The translations under genes and the position numbers were made by a program. The notes beneath the pieces were generated by a model that worked only from the letters and a program-made list of their open reading frames with translations, ran no database searches and was not told the origin of the DNA. A stretch of 63,290 bases of DNA, the filler included, from Asterionella formosa (lineage: Eukaryota): the NCBI GenBank assembly GCA_002256025.1. It is 14 parts of 14 records of this genome, joined end to end, with 100 filler letters (N's around TTAATTAATTAA, not from the genome) between each part and the next. Parts side by side here need not be neighbours in the genome. Positions count along the whole stretch, not along the records: positions 58,876 to 63,290 come from NKIB01013536.1; 13 more parts are not named here. One strand, written 5' to 3'. Of this stretch, positions 60,300 through 63,290 are shown piece after piece. Position 1 is the first letter of the stretch. Each line of letters begins with the position of its first letter.

Positions 60300-61380
60300 A
60301 AGAAAAGAATGCAGGATCACTATTTCCTCTACTTTCAGAAGGTGAAGCATCAGATTAAGTCCAACTAATGAATAAATTATATATCTTTCAACATTTAAAT
60401 TTTTCAAGTAACTCTTTCCTTCTCCACTCTATATTAACAGGAAGGTCATTGCAAGCCTAAGGTTTGCAATCTGCTAAGAATCACATCTTGCATCACAGAG
60501 CTTCCAGGCAAAATACACAATGGTTCCACAGTCAGTAAAAAGTAGCCCACCAGCCATAATCCACCAGCTGTTACCACCAATCTCAAAATTTCTCATTGAA
60601 TCTTATTGGCAGGTTGCAGTCTCCATGGCCAATTCCTTCCTTGCCAAAGCTAATTTGCTCAAACATTGATGGCTCTAGGCTTTGCATGAGGCCTTTCTCA
60701 GAATGAATTGGGCCCCCAGTCAGCATGGCACTTCTACCCAATACTCCACACCTTTTGAGCTTATCTACGGGTTCAAGCCTAACCTTTGCTCCTTTTTTCT
60801 TTTGAGTGCATCAGATATTATTGTTGCCCTTGCCTTTGACAGCACCTGCAGTGCCCACACCAGTATTTGAAGTCAGAGGTTCTCTCCTGGCATCACATTA
60901 AGTTGGGCTGATGCTGACACTTTAACAGGCAGGAATGCTCCTTATTTTTTCTGTGTCAGTGGATTCTTACTCCATCTACGTGATACCATTGCTAGTCCTT
61001 TCCCTGACATCATATGTGATGTTGACTTTTATCTTTGGCTCTACACAGACTGTACAACCACTTCTGCTAAACCCTCTCACCCCAGTTGCACTGTGTTTGT
61101 CCATCTCACTCCTCAGGGAGATGTTTCTGAGGGCCTGGTTAGAGCACTCCTCACCTCTTCTTTTGATTGACCTCCAGTATGGTGTCTCTCTCACTGCCTC
61201 CTTTAACAAACTCGATTTTCCAGATGAGGTCATCATCCCAGACTTTGTACTCCATGTCTCTCTGGATGGTGATGATGGCAATCCCCTTGCCCTTCTCCTC
61301 CCTCCCTGGTTGAACTTTGGGTCACATTCACATTCACATCTCTTTCTCTCCTATAAGAAGTGGCTTGATGAAAAAAATTA
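60300..61380 (+). pseudogene. Degenerate Copia integrase-region remnant
   Basis: Residual STPFELIYGFKPNL motif in a broken, almost CpG-free stretch. Confidence 0.5.
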
Positions 61381-61551
61381 CCCGGTACCAGGTAGTAGTA
61401 ATAGTTAACGGTCCTATTCCATGCTGGGTAAAAAAATAAATTAACAAGAACTGTCCTCCCTATATAAGTATGCTTGTTTATTCACTCACTAGGTCACTGT
61501 CCTGCTGCTACTGCAAGCATCGAAATGGTGTCACATTTTGAGTATTTAACA

Positions 61552-62001
61552 TTACGCGAAATGAATCCCCCGTTCATTAAATTCACTAAGCAATTCCAAA
61601 AAGTCATCCAAATCCAATTTGCTTGCTCGCTTATCCTTCCACTTTTCACCAGTCGTTACTTCTTCCAAAATCTGTTGAATACTCTTGGTATCATTTTCAT
61701 TGTCCATAGCATCATTCCCATCATTCTCGTCTTTCATCATCATGGCTTGCATAGTCTTTCTATTGTCTTGTAACAATTTCATTGTTGGCTTTGTCATGAG
61801 GACACTTCGAAGTGTCTTATTTTTTCGATTGAACAAAAGTCGCACCATGCCATCCCATTCTGTAAAATTAACAGGAGGAGGTGGGTTGCGCAATTCAATC
61901 CGTACAACACGTGATTCTACCTTGGGTGGGGGTCTAAAGTTGTTCCGTCCAACTTTAAGTAACTGATCTACCTTGGCAAGTAATTGTGTATTGACTGACA
62001 A
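61552..62001 (-). CDS. DIM1: 18S rRNA dimethyladenosine transferase DIM1, C-terminal exon only
   Basis: LSVNTQLLAKVDQLLKVGRNNFRPPPKVESRVVRIE..PPPPVNFTEWDGMVRLLFNRKNKTL..DFLELLSEFNERGIHFA. The N-terminal half is not recognisable upstream. Confidence 0.85.
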   Translation of the reverse strand: MSVNTQLLAKVDQLLKVGRNNFRPPPKVESRVVRIELRNPPPPVNFTEWDGMVRLLFNRKNKTLRSVLMTKPTMKLLQDNRKTMQAMMMKDENDGNDAMDNENDTKSIQQILEEVTTGEKWKDKRASKLDLDDFLELLSEFNERGIHFA

Positions 62002-63290
62002 TCACGTGGGTGAGCGTTTTGTGGCGTTCTTCATGCTTGTACTACTAGCTCACGATGGAAAGTTAGAAAACGCTTGTTTCAATATGAATGTCTCAAAAGC
62101 AAAACGTAAAGCAATTACTCACCTTAAAAGCAGATCACAAGCAGCATCTTACAATTAACAAGATTGACATTGTTGGTTTGGTGAATGTGGCATGATGGGA
62201 AACCTCCTTCTTTGAAAACAATATTGCGACAAGCAAGAAAGGGACTTCCGAACAAGTATGGTTCCCCACCATGAGCTATAATGCCTTGCTGTACCCTGAG
62301 ATTCAATTCACCCAACCTCAACAGAAAATTAGAGGCTAGTCGAAGCTAGAAAGGGAAACGAGACAGCAGTTGCATACATCGAAGGACACAAGAAAGGATA
62401 ACAGCAGGACTACTGGCCTCTGCACAAATATTGCGAATTGGACATGTCATTAGAACAAAAGAAACAAAAAGGCAGCAAGAGTTCTTCACTTTTTGAGAAA
62501 AAGTACTCCTGACATTGAAGGAACAGGAAAGGGCAAAAAAGAATAAAACAAAAGAACAAATGTTGAATTTGAATGTGCATTGGTACAGATGACCAGGTGA
62601 TTTGCCTTTTGCACAAACAAGGCAAGTTCTAATTACAAGATTTGATGGCACTATCACTGTGTTGACCAGCAGCTGCCAATTCCTCAGTATGAACCTCCTC
62701 ATGCTGTGGTTGCTGCTGCTGCTGCTGATGTGGCTGTGGCTGCACCCCCTCCTGTTGCAATTGCTGCTACTGGTCCCACTAATGATTCACCATTCTGTGG
62801 TATAAGTTTGAGACTCTGCAAGTAATTGAATAAGAAGCTTGTGATTTATGTAATGTATCAGAAGAAATCTCTTTTTAAGTTGCCCTGTAAAAAAACTATT
62901 TTTTGGGGGGGGGGAGGGAATATATATTCATTTGTTGATAGAAAATAATGAACTGTAAGAACAAGCCACTGCCGGTGCACAACAATCTTGATGACTTTGA
63001 AAAAAAAAGGATCTTCATGGCTTCGTACACTAAATCAAAACAGATTATACTACTAATAATTGTACAGCAGAGAGGATCATCTAACGCACACTTTGTACTT
63101 GCATCAAGTTTTGATGATCATTTCATTACATTAGTAGAGCTAAAAATTATAGTCCGAAGATAGGGAGTAAAATACTGGTCGCTTATCTTTTTTAGCAATG
63201 TACAGATTTTTAACTGGTACCGTTACACCTTAAATTATTTGGCAAAGGAGGCATCAATGACCCTTAATTAAAAAGGACATTTGGAAGAAA

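Overview
This is eukaryotic nuclear DNA from a diatom. The evidence is nuclear psbO with the ASAFAP bipartite plastid-targeting motif, short GT-AG introns and CoDi-type Copia elements. The window is not a contiguous locus. It is 14 unrelated contigs of about 4.4 kb, sorted by decreasing length and joined by artificial spacers (N-run, TTAATTAATTAA, N-run), so nothing can be inferred from adjacency across spacers. Recognisable genes are psbO, RPS20, HscB/Jac1, a cyclin Y-like protein, Nup133-like, Rtt106/SSRP1-like, V-ATPase S1/Voa1-like, GT60 and GT25-like glycosyltransferases, an ARM-repeat protein, a DIM1 3' fragment and several hypotheticals. A large fraction is transposon-derived: Copia, Gypsy, DIRS/Ngaro-like, a pogo-type transposase, several MITE families and satellites. 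The most striking signal is that non-coding DNA is saturated with TA-CC(W)GG-TA-type palindromes, often in tandem chains. Comparing paralogous repeat copies shows these units are insertions at TA dinucleotides. They match the ends (TA|CCAG...CTGG|TA) of a MITE present in the window, which suggests massive, recursive Tc1/mariner/pogo excision footprinting.
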